Shown piece after piece: positions 55,875 through 63,898 of a stretch of DNA of 64,000 bases. The stretch comes from an uncultured Dehalococcoidia bacterium (lineage in GTDB: Bacteria; Chloroflexota; Dehalococcoidia; Lucifugimonadales; UBA826). The notes under the pieces are model-generated. The model worked only from the letters and a program-made list of their open reading frames with translations, made no database searches and was not told the origin of the DNA. Position 1 is the stretch's first letter. Every line of letters starts with the position of its first letter. A program made the position numbers and the translations under genes. The stretch covers positions 13,018-77,017 of the forward strand of contig CAZRSW010000001.1 of NCBI GenBank assembly GCA_964602845.1, in the 5' to 3' direction.

Positions 55875-57062
55875 CTAGTTAACCCTTTCAAAAATGGAGG
55901 CAACTCCCTGCCCACCACCGACACACATCGTAGCAAGCCCGATGGTACCATTAGATCTTCCCAATTCCTCCATCAGTTTAACGGTCATGATTGCACCGGT
56001 AGCACCTACGGGGTGGCCTAGGCTTATACCGCTACCATTAACGTTTGTTTTATCGATGTCTAGGTTCAATTCCCTTATGCAATGTAGAGCTTGAGCGGCG
56101 AATGCCTCGTTAAGTTCTATAATGTCAATATCTTTGACCGTTAATCCCGCTTTACCCAGCGCCTTTTGGGTAGCTGGTACGGGTCCGATTCCCATAACGG
56201 CTGGGTCTACTCCTGCAACGCCCCTTGCGACCCATTTGAGTTGAGGGATGATTTCCAATTCAGCTATTTTATCAGAGGACATCATTACAACGGCCGCTGC
56301 ACCATCATTTATACTGGATGCGTTACCAGCGGTAACTGTGCCATTCTTTTTGAAAACGGATGGGAGGGTCGACAAACTTTCGATGGTGGTTCCTTCCCTA
56401 GGGCTTTCATCTGCAACAACTTTTTGAGGATCTGACCTTCTTTGGGGGACTAATACCTCCGTTATTTGAGAAGCAAATCTGCCCTTGTCTATAGCGTTTA
56501 ACGCACGTGAGTGACTCAGGACTGCTAATTCATCTTGATCTGATCTTGAAATCTGAAACCTTTCTGCGACATTCTCTGCTGTTACTCCCATGTGGTACCT
56601 GTTGACTGGGCACCCCAATCCTTCGGTGAGGCCGTCTACCAGCGTTGAATCTCCCATTCTTAGGCCGTCGAAACGCGCTTTGTAGTTTAATAGGTAGGGA
56701 GTTTGGCTCATATTCTCGGTACCGCCCGCTACTACAATTGAGGCCTCTCCGGCCTTAATCATGTGTGCTCCCATGTTTATAGCTTCCAAACCGGATGAGC
56801 ATTGTCTGTTGATCGCAACTGTTGGTATATCCTCGGGAATCCCTGCTAGAAGAGCCGACAATCTCGCCGCGTATCCGGCCTCGGCCGATTGCATTGCATT
56901 TCCCATAATAACCTCATCAATGAGAGCTGGTGCGATATTAGCTCTGTCGAGGGCCGTCTTTATTGCGATGGCACCCAGCTTTGGCGCGGATATATCCTTG
57001 AAAGATCCACCAAATTTGCCTACCGGAGTTCGAGCTCCACTGACAATAAAGGCGTCATTCAT
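55875..57062 (-). CDS. Acetyl-CoA C-acetyltransferase (thiolase II)
   Basis: 395 aa. INRQCSSGLEAI (active-site Cys), NGSGISLGHPVGATG and MCVGGGQG motifs. Confidence 0.9.
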   Translation of the reverse strand: MNDAFIVSGARTPVGKFGGSFKDISAPKLGAIAIKTALDRANIAPALIDEVIMGNAMQSAEAGYAARLSALLAGIPEDIPTVAINRQCSSGLEAINMGAHMIKAGEASIVVAGGTENMSQTPYLLNYKARFDGLRMGDSTLVDGLTEGLGCPVNRYHMGVTAENVAERFQISRSDQDELAVLSHSRALNAIDKGRFASQITEVLVPQRRSDPQKVVADESPREGTTIESLSTLPSVFKKNGTVTAGNASSINDGAAAVVMMSSDKIAELEIIPQLKWVARGVAGVDPAVMGIGPVPATQKALGKAGLTVKDIDIIELNEAFAAQALHCIRELNLDIDKTNVNGSGISLGHPVGATGAIMTVKLMEELGRSNGTIGLATMCVGGGQGVASIFERVN

Positions 57063-57121
57063 TTTATAGGCACCTCCTTCACATAATCACAATTATTTCT
57101 TAAAAATAGCAGAGGAGTCTG

Positions 57122-57137
57122 AAGAATTGCAATTCTT
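57122..57137. promoter_or_regulatory. Perfect 16-bp palindrome, candidate operator between the thiolase gene and selB
   Basis: AAGAATTGCAATTCTT is self-complementary. It lies in the 149-bp divergent spacer. Confidence 0.35.
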
Positions 57138-57211
57138 AGGGTATGGTTCCTATTCTGGTAGGTGTTGCTGTGCTATTCTTGTGAACTACATAGCGAAACG
57201 AGGTTATTATT

Positions 57212-59068
57212 GTGCGTGTACTCGGAACTGCCGGGCATGTCGACCATGGTAAGTCTGCTTTGGTCGAGGTGTTGACAGGTATAAACCCAGATCGACTTCA
57301 GGAAGAAAAAGATCGAGGAATGACCATCGACCTTGGCTTTGCTTGGCTTCGATTGCCGGATGGAGAAATACTCAGTGTTGTAGATGTCCCTGGTCACGAG
57401 AGATTTGTGAACAACATGCTTGCTGGGGCAGGTGGGATTGATATTGCTCTTTTGGTTGTAGCGGCTGATGAGTCTGTAATGCCACAAACGAGGGAGCATA
57501 TATCGATTTTGGATCTTCTGGAAATAAGAAGATGTATTGTGGCCATAACCAAGACGGATCTAGTTGACCAGTCTTGGTTGGAGTTGGTCAGACAAGATGT
57601 TGTTGATCTTTTGGCGGACACTCATATCGGTGGCTCGCCTATTTATGCGGTGTCTGCGGTTACGGGAGACGGCATACCGTCCTTGATCAATGGTATTTCA
57701 CAGGCTGTGATGAGTTCCGGCGCCAAAGCAGATCTTGGTAGGCCAAGGTTGCCAATTGATAGAGCATTTACCGTTTCCGGCTTCGGTACGGTTGTGACTG
57801 GCACACTCATTGACGGATCTCTGGAGCTGGGAAGAGAAGTGGAAATATTGCCCCGGGGAGGAAAGGCCAGGATTCGAGGATTACAGACGCACAATGAAAA
57901 TCAACCCACGGTGTTACCTGGTACGAGAGTCGCTGTGAACCTGTCTGGAATAGATCATTCGGAAGTTAAAAGAGGTGATGTGATTGCCTATCCAGGCTAT
58001 ATTGCCAATAGTGAGGCATTCGACGTGAAGTTGACTGTTTTAAAGGATTCTCCTCGTCCGATTCGGCACAACATGTTTGTCACATTTCATGTTGGCAGCA
58101 GTGAAACAGTATCTCGGGTTCGACTTTTGGAAAACGATGTCGTGTCACCCGGTGAAGACACATGGGCTCAGATAAAACCGAACACATTTTTGCCGGTTTT
58201 AAGGGGAGATAGTTTTGTTATCCGGTCCAATATGGTCACGCTGGGCGGCGGTAAGGTAGTGGATACCAACGCAAAGAGGCACCGGAGGTGGCATCAACCC
58301 ACTCTGGACAAGCTTACTCATTTAGAGGCAGGTGACAAATCTGACGTCATTCTTGCTTTGATGGCAACATCCGAGCCGACAACGTTTCGAGAAATGTCTA
58401 TGACCTATGGGATTGAAGAGGAGAATTTGCTTGAGGAGCTACAAATACTTGTAGGAAATGAGGAAGTGGTTTGTACTCTTGATGATTTGCACCAAGGGCA
58501 TTTTTTTACCTCCTCTGGGTGGAGTCTGACGGTCGATAAATCTAGGAAATTCATTTCTGACTACCATGTAGAGTTTCCACTGAGGAAGGGAGTACAAAAA
58601 GAGGAACTTCGAAATAAACTAGCTTTAGATGGGGTATCTTTCAGTACATGTATCAACAGGATGACTATAGATGGTGTCCTTGTAGAGGAATCATCACTCC
58701 TAAGAATGCCGTCATTTCAACAGACCTTAAGTGCTGAACAAGAAGTAGTTGTGGACAGGTATATGGTAGAACTTAGATCTGATCCTTATTCCCCTCCGAC
58801 GGATCTAGTTATGGATTCAGAGATACTCAATTTCTTGTCCGATAAGGGAGACGTCATAAAAGTAAACGATGGTGTGGTATATTCATCGGATGTATATGAA
58901 AGTATGGTCGAATGGGTTGTGAGTTATATTCATCAGAACGGGAATATAGCGGTCGGAGATGTTCGCGATAAATTTGGTACAAGCAGAAAATATGTTCTGG
59001 CATTTTTGGAATATTTAGATCAACAACACGTGACCAAGAGGTCGGGCGACGTAAGAATATTGAGATGA
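57212..59068 (+). CDS. selB: Selenocysteine-specific translation elongation factor
   Basis: 618 aa. AGHVDHGKSALVEVLTGINPDRLQEEKDRGMTIDLGFAW and DVPGHERFVNNMLAGAGGIDIALLVVAADE closely follow the E. coli SelB pattern. Long C-terminal winged-helix region. GTG start. Confidence 0.9.
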   Translation: MRVLGTAGHVDHGKSALVEVLTGINPDRLQEEKDRGMTIDLGFAWLRLPDGEILSVVDVPGHERFVNNMLAGAGGIDIALLVVAADESVMPQTREHISILDLLEIRRCIVAITKTDLVDQSWLELVRQDVVDLLADTHIGGSPIYAVSAVTGDGIPSLINGISQAVMSSGAKADLGRPRLPIDRAFTVSGFGTVVTGTLIDGSLELGREVEILPRGGKARIRGLQTHNENQPTVLPGTRVAVNLSGIDHSEVKRGDVIAYPGYIANSEAFDVKLTVLKDSPRPIRHNMFVTFHVGSSETVSRVRLLENDVVSPGEDTWAQIKPNTFLPVLRGDSFVIRSNMVTLGGGKVVDTNAKRHRRWHQPTLDKLTHLEAGDKSDVILALMATSEPTTFREMSMTYGIEEENLLEELQILVGNEEVVCTLDDLHQGHFFTSSGWSLTVDKSRKFISDYHVEFPLRKGVQKEELRNKLALDGVSFSTCINRMTIDGVLVEESSLLRMPSFQQTLSAEQEVVVDRYMVELRSDPYSPPTDLVMDSEILNFLSDKGDVIKVNDGVVYSSDVYESMVEWVVSYIHQNGNIAVGDVRDKFGTSRKYVLAFLEYLDQQHVTKRSGDVRILR

Positions 59069-59098
59069 TAGTGGTTTCTCCGTGCTAAGGACGTGAAT

Positions 59099-59599
59099 AT
59101 GCTGTCCAATAACAACGATCAAAAAGAAGCTCACTGTATAGAATTTATGTTGCCCGTGGACTCCTTTGCTGTATCGTATTTTTCGAACTTGCTTAGAATA
59201 ATTCAGGTGGCCATTAGGGAATTAGCTAAGACATTTGAATCCGCCTATGAAGTCTCAGATGAAGATCTACAGTCTATATTGCATTTCTCTCCCGTGATCG
59301 AAAACGGAGAATTGATCCTGCGTTTTTCCTTTCGCCATCTTGAAAGTCGTGCTGGAGCGGATAAATTTACAAGCGGAATATCCACGGTGTTTTTCGATGA
59401 GTTGTTGACGTACCTGAGCGGCAATGCCCAGACTGATCTTTGGGGTAATATATCACCTATCGCAAATCATGCTCTATCGGACTCGATGAAAACCAGGTTT
59501 GATCGAATTAGAAAAGAATTGCGACGTATTCCGGGTTCTTCGATAAGCGTAAATAATCGTGCAATCGTATTTTCTGAAGATACGTTTAAGGTGATTTGA
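59099..59599 (+). CDS. Hypothetical protein, first gene of the NurA-HerA cassette
   Basis: 166 aa from ATG 59099, with AAGGA 7 nt upstream (the track uses GTG 59093). No motif I recognise. 4-nt overlap with the next gene. Confidence 0.5.
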   Translation: MLSNNNDQKEAHCIEFMLPVDSFAVSYFSNLLRIIQVAIRELAKTFESAYEVSDEDLQSILHFSPVIENGELILRFSFRHLESRAGADKFTSGISTVFFDELLTYLSGNAQTDLWGNISPIANHALSDSMKTRFDRIRKELRRIPGSSISVNNRAIVFSEDTFKVI

Positions 59600-60816
59600 T
59601 ATTGGCTCTAGACTTGGCTAAGACGGCGTTGCAAATCGATTCTATGACTTTGGCAATCGACGGCCGAAGTGATCAAGTATTAGAGCGCGTTATAAACGCG
59701 GTATCAGCAATGAAGCGACTGGATCCAAAGGTATATGCAAAAAAGACTCAAGATTCAGAAGGAATGTTTAAATGGGGCACGCCGGCTATTCTGGAAGAGC
59801 CGGGGAAAACTTTCCCTCCACCAAAGGTTCCCGTGGAACATAAGGTGATTGGAGTGGATGGTTCCCATATTGATGTTGACCGTCATATACCTGCCCATTG
59901 TTATTTGATCAATACCGGGTTGGTCAGCCTGAATTATGGGCCGACCCCTTCAGTTGTCATGAGAAATGATCCTAGCTTATATTTTGAGAGTGAGGAGACT
60001 TTCATAACGGATTTGCATGGCTCTACTGATTCGATGAAGATTACGGGATCTCTTTTGGGGGCCGTTCGTACTGTAAAAGAAATTGATATTCTCAGGGATG
60101 CCATCACGGATGGCAACGATGATATACCGGTAGTTGGATTAATGGACGGGACCCTTATCATGTTGGATTTGATCAGAGCAGGGTTTCCTGATTATGTTCT
60201 CAAACAGGTATTACAAGGTGGTTTTTTGTCCGCCATGTCCGACATTCGAGATTTGTCTAAGGATAAACCCCTTGCGATAGGGAGTTATATCAGTCTTCCG
60301 GGGACATCCGAGGTGGTCGATGCACTGAGATTATCGGTATGCCCATATACTGTCTCGGATTGTGCAAGCCATTGTGCATCCGTGTCCGCCTCCCATAGAC
60401 CTTGCGATGAGGTTTCTCATGAAATATTGGACAGGCAGATATTCGAACATCACTTACCCCATGGGCATAGGTCCCCTATTTTCGGCAGCAGCTCAAGAAT
60501 GGTGGAAAAATTTTATGGAGGGAATCTTGTAGGTTTTTTTTATGTAAACGTAGGGGAAGAAATCGCCCGAATAGAAGTTCCAGAATGGGTGTACACGGAT
60601 AAAGAAAAAATTGATTTGATTCACGCTGTGATACTCAACCAATGCATGTTGGGGCCAGGTTATCCCACTGCCCTCATGGAAGCGCATGAGCAAGCGGTTA
60701 TCTCAACCTCAGATAGACTATTCTTTTTGAACTCGATAGAGGGAGCGTTTGAATCTCAAGGTGTTAAGTTTTATACGTCTCAAAAGAATAGATCAAAAAG
60801 ACTACGTTGGTTATAA
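59596..60816 (+). CDS. nurA: NurA-domain nuclease-like protein
   Basis: 406 aa. VIGVDGSHID, GLMDGTLIM and GPGYPTALMEAHEQAVIS follow the NurA pattern of acidic and His catalytic motifs. It shares an operon with a HerA ATPase. TTG start. Confidence 0.65.
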   Translation: MILALDLAKTALQIDSMTLAIDGRSDQVLERVINAVSAMKRLDPKVYAKKTQDSEGMFKWGTPAILEEPGKTFPPPKVPVEHKVIGVDGSHIDVDRHIPAHCYLINTGLVSLNYGPTPSVVMRNDPSLYFESEETFITDLHGSTDSMKITGSLLGAVRTVKEIDILRDAITDGNDDIPVVGLMDGTLIMLDLIRAGFPDYVLKQVLQGGFLSAMSDIRDLSKDKPLAIGSYISLPGTSEVVDALRLSVCPYTVSDCASHCASVSASHRPCDEVSHEILDRQIFEHHLPHGHRSPIFGSSSRMVEKFYGGNLVGFFYVNVGEEIARIEVPEWVYTDKEKIDLIHAVILNQCMLGPGYPTALMEAHEQAVISTSDRLFFLNSIEGAFESQGVKFYTSQKNRSKRLRWL

Positions 60817-60831
60817 GATGGACTCAATTTG

Positions 60832-61404
60832 ATGAAAATAGGTGAAATTATAGAAAGTGACACTAATGGATTTACTGCGCGATGCTACAAACTATACGAA
60901 GGGCCCGATTTGGGGTGTTTGATAAAGGCAGGAACCGACAATTCGGTCTATGGCATCGTGGCTCATGTGGCTACATTAGGATTGGATCCTTCACGTCGTC
61001 CAATAACACGTGGGGAAAACCTAGAGTCTGAAGATGAGGTGTATTTGCGCAATCCACAATTGACCCGTCTACTCACCACGGAAATTAAAGCAATCACTGT
61101 TGGTTTCTCAGATGGTATGGAATTTAAGCATTACTTGCCTGCCTCACCGCCAAGGCTACATTCCTTTGTGTCAATTTGTGGAAATGATGAATGGATTTCT
61201 TTCTCTGACCGGCTGTACTTTCTTAAAAGTGTTATATCTTCTGGTTTGCCTCAAGGGGATGACATTATTGGATCCTTTGTAAGGCAAACGTCAGAATTGG
61301 TTTCTGATCCAGTGTCTTACAAACTCAAGGCTGCTAGAAGTATAGCGAAATTTTTGGGAGGCGATACTAACAGACTTGAGTCCATAGTGAGGAGAATACG
61401 CTGA
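60832..61404 (+). CDS. Hypothetical protein with HAS-barrel-like N-terminus
   Basis: 190 aa from ATG 60832. The N-terminus KIGEIIESDTNGFTARCYKLYEGPDLGCLIKAGTDNSVYGIVAHV resembles the barrel at the HerA N-terminus. Its stop overlaps the herA ATG (TGATG). Confidence 0.5.
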   Translation: MKIGEIIESDTNGFTARCYKLYEGPDLGCLIKAGTDNSVYGIVAHVATLGLDPSRRPITRGENLESEDEVYLRNPQLTRLLTTEIKAITVGFSDGMEFKHYLPASPPRLHSFVSICGNDEWISFSDRLYFLKSVISSGLPQGDDIIGSFVRQTSELVSDPVSYKLKAARSIAKFLGGDTNRLESIVRRIR

Positions 61405-63041
61405 TGTCGGAGATAGGTCCCGAAAACTACCAGCTTGGCACGGTCGTGTCTGGGTCGTTAAGCGAAGGAGTCAAAGTTAGACTTTCGACTGAATATTCAG
61501 TCGAAAACGTGAAAGTCGGATCAAACGTTGTAATCCAGGGGAAACATCACAGATTTTTTGGGGTCGTAACTGATGTTTCTTTGGGATCCTCAGATTTGAC
61601 TCTACAATACGATCTCCCAGATGTTTCTGATTCATTTATGGCTGAGGTGTTGGCTGGCACGACCGTTTATGGAACCATTACCGTGGAGCCGATGTTGACC
61701 ATTGGGATAGATTCTTCCTCCGATGGTTTCGGGCCAATGCCAGCAAAGACTGTTCCGGAACATTTTTCGAGCACATTTGATGCTTCTGATGACGATATTT
61801 ATCATATTTTTGGACCAGAAGGGGATGGGCATTTTTGGATAGGCAGTCCACTAGATATGGAAGCAAAACTATGTTTGGATATTGAGGAACTAGTAAAACG
61901 TAGTAATGGAGTATTTGGTAAAAGCGGGACAGGTAAGACATTTCTTACAAGATTGTTGCTGATTGGAATTCTTCAAAGCGGTAAGGCTAGTAATCTCATA
62001 TTTGATATGCACAATGAGTATGGGTGGCAGGGAACGAGCGAATCTTCTACGGCTGTCAAAGGTCTCAAACAGCTTTTTAGTGCACAAGTGGCTGTATTTT
62101 CACTTGACGCCGAAAGCTCGAAGCGTCGAGGGTTCCATCCAGACTTTCAGGTGGAATTTGGGTACAGTGATATAGATCCTGAAGATATACAGTTGCTCAG
62201 GGAGACATTGGACTTGTCTAACGTCGCTGCGGATGCGGCTTACGCTCTGGAGTCGAGATTTGGTAGAGGAAAATGGTTCGGTGAATTTGTTAAACTTCGA
62301 GGGGAAGACATAAACAATCTTGCGACCGAGATCAACGTAGCATCGTCAGCCTTATCCGCTCTTAGACGACGACTTGAGAGACTTATTAGGTTTGATTTTG
62401 TGTCTCAAAATGATGTTGCTGATTCTGCGGATTCAATCATAAAAACTCTACGTAATGGAAAACATGTTGTCTTGGAATTTGGCAAACATGGTAATAATCC
62501 CACCGCTTATATGTTAGTTGCTAACATACTCACACGAAGAATATATGAAAGATACCAAAGTCAAAAAGAAGAATCACTGGGTGGGGGAGCAGAGGTACCT
62601 CCCTATTTGGTCATCACAATAGAAGAAGCTCATAGATTCTTGGGATCCTCAATGGCAAGTCAAACAATTTTTGGGACTATTGCCAGGGAAATGAGAAAGT
62701 ACAATGTTACTCTGTTAGTGGTTGATCAGCGACCTAGTGATATAGATGAAGAGGTTATGAGTCAGATTGGGACTAAGGTTGTATGTCTGCTTGACAGTGG
62801 TAGGGATATTGACTCTGTGCTGTCAGGAGTTTCAGGAAATCGCAAGCTCAGATCTGTTCTTGCTAGGCTAGACTCTCGACAACAGGCCATTATCTTTGGG
62901 CATTCAGTTCCAATGCCTGTTGTTATAAGGACCAGAGACTACGGAAGCGCTGAATCCTACAGCGAATTTATGACTACTAACGAGAGAACGGTCGAGGGTT
63001 TGCAAAATAAACTGGAAGACTTGTACGGACCAAGTGATTAA
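61404..63041 (+). CDS. herA: HerA/DUF87 family hexameric ATPase (FtsK-HerA superfamily)
   Basis: 545 aa. HAS-barrel N-terminus (LGTVVSGSLSEGVKVRL...FFGVVTDV), Walker A GKSGTGKT (nt 61917-61940), Walker B VITIEEAHRF, and LLVVDQRPSDID. Confidence 0.8.
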   Translation: MSEIGPENYQLGTVVSGSLSEGVKVRLSTEYSVENVKVGSNVVIQGKHHRFFGVVTDVSLGSSDLTLQYDLPDVSDSFMAEVLAGTTVYGTITVEPMLTIGIDSSSDGFGPMPAKTVPEHFSSTFDASDDDIYHIFGPEGDGHFWIGSPLDMEAKLCLDIEELVKRSNGVFGKSGTGKTFLTRLLLIGILQSGKASNLIFDMHNEYGWQGTSESSTAVKGLKQLFSAQVAVFSLDAESSKRRGFHPDFQVEFGYSDIDPEDIQLLRETLDLSNVAADAAYALESRFGRGKWFGEFVKLRGEDINNLATEINVASSALSALRRRLERLIRFDFVSQNDVADSADSIIKTLRNGKHVVLEFGKHGNNPTAYMLVANILTRRIYERYQSQKEESLGGGAEVPPYLVITIEEAHRFLGSSMASQTIFGTIAREMRKYNVTLLVVDQRPSDIDEEVMSQIGTKVVCLLDSGRDIDSVLSGVSGNRKLRSVLARLDSRQQAIIFGHSVPMPVVIRTRDYGSAESYSEFMTTNERTVEGLQNKLEDLYGPSD

Positions 63042-63655
63042 ATATTTAGTTCCTCTAATTCTTGGTCGTCGAGTCCAAAATGATGCGCGATCTCATGGAT
63101 TATTGTGGCCCTAATCTCGGTCATGATCTCCTCTTCTGTGCTGCACAAACTTTCAATAGCGTCCTGAAACAAGGTTATCTTATCTGGCAGGACTAGTTCA
63201 TATCCGTACCTTTCCGTAATTGGGATTCCTTCATATATACCCAGTAGATCCTGCCCCATATTAAGCCCGGTTCCTAAGAGTTGATCTTCCGTAGGCCGGC
63301 TTGAAACAATAACATCGACGTTATCTAACTTGTTCAAAATCTCACCTGGCAATTCAGAGATCACCTTTCTTGTATAACATTCAAATACATTCTGCTTTGC
63401 AATAAGCTCCTTACCATATGCATCAGCCTGTCTCATTAAGTCTTGCTGTGAAGTACGGCTCTGTATATATTGTGATGCCTGTTGCTGTGCCTCTTCAGGG
63501 CTAGCTCCCTGCGATTCTAGTTGTCTTTGTACCCTTTCATATTCCTGTTGTACAACAGCCCTCTGTCTAACCTGTTCATATTCAGTACCTTCATTTGATT
63601 CAGGTGCTGGTGCCTCCATTGGTTCTGGCTCTGGTTCTGTATTGTTGGTTACCAT
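63038..63655 (-). CDS. Small zinc metallopeptidase family protein (DUF1025-like) with Q/E-rich N-terminal extension
   Basis: 205 aa. C-terminal IIHEIAHHFGLDD (HExxH). The N-terminal ~90 aa are low-complexity E/Q/P-rich. Confidence 0.65.
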   Translation of the reverse strand: MVTNNTEPEPEPMEAPAPESNEGTEYEQVRQRAVVQQEYERVQRQLESQGASPEEAQQQASQYIQSRTSQQDLMRQADAYGKELIAKQNVFECYTRKVISELPGEILNKLDNVDVIVSSRPTEDQLLGTGLNMGQDLLGIYEGIPITERYGYELVLPDKITLFQDAIESLCSTEEEIMTEIRATIIHEIAHHFGLDDQELEELNI

Positions 63656-63898
63656 AATCTCCTCCTAATCGATCTGAGGTCTTGGTATAGATGTCATCAT
63701 ATTGATCATATCAGACGGTTGCTAAGTTTTGTTTTGTGAAATGGATTTTGCGAAAGTTTGGTAAACAACGATTTATATATCAACTGGTTGTAAATCTTGA
63801 TTCTTCTCGGTTGTTTTACTAACTGATGGTGCGGTATCCTATCCCTACGGATTGGAGAGTGATTTTAAGCAGTATTGAATTTAGTGAGGTGATAGGGG

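Noticed and set aside
55844-55951. The 5' extension of the NifU-like ORF overlapping the thiolase gene by 77 nt.
   Set aside because: ATG 55843 has a strong AAGGAG RBS, and the extension has no NifU-like sequence.
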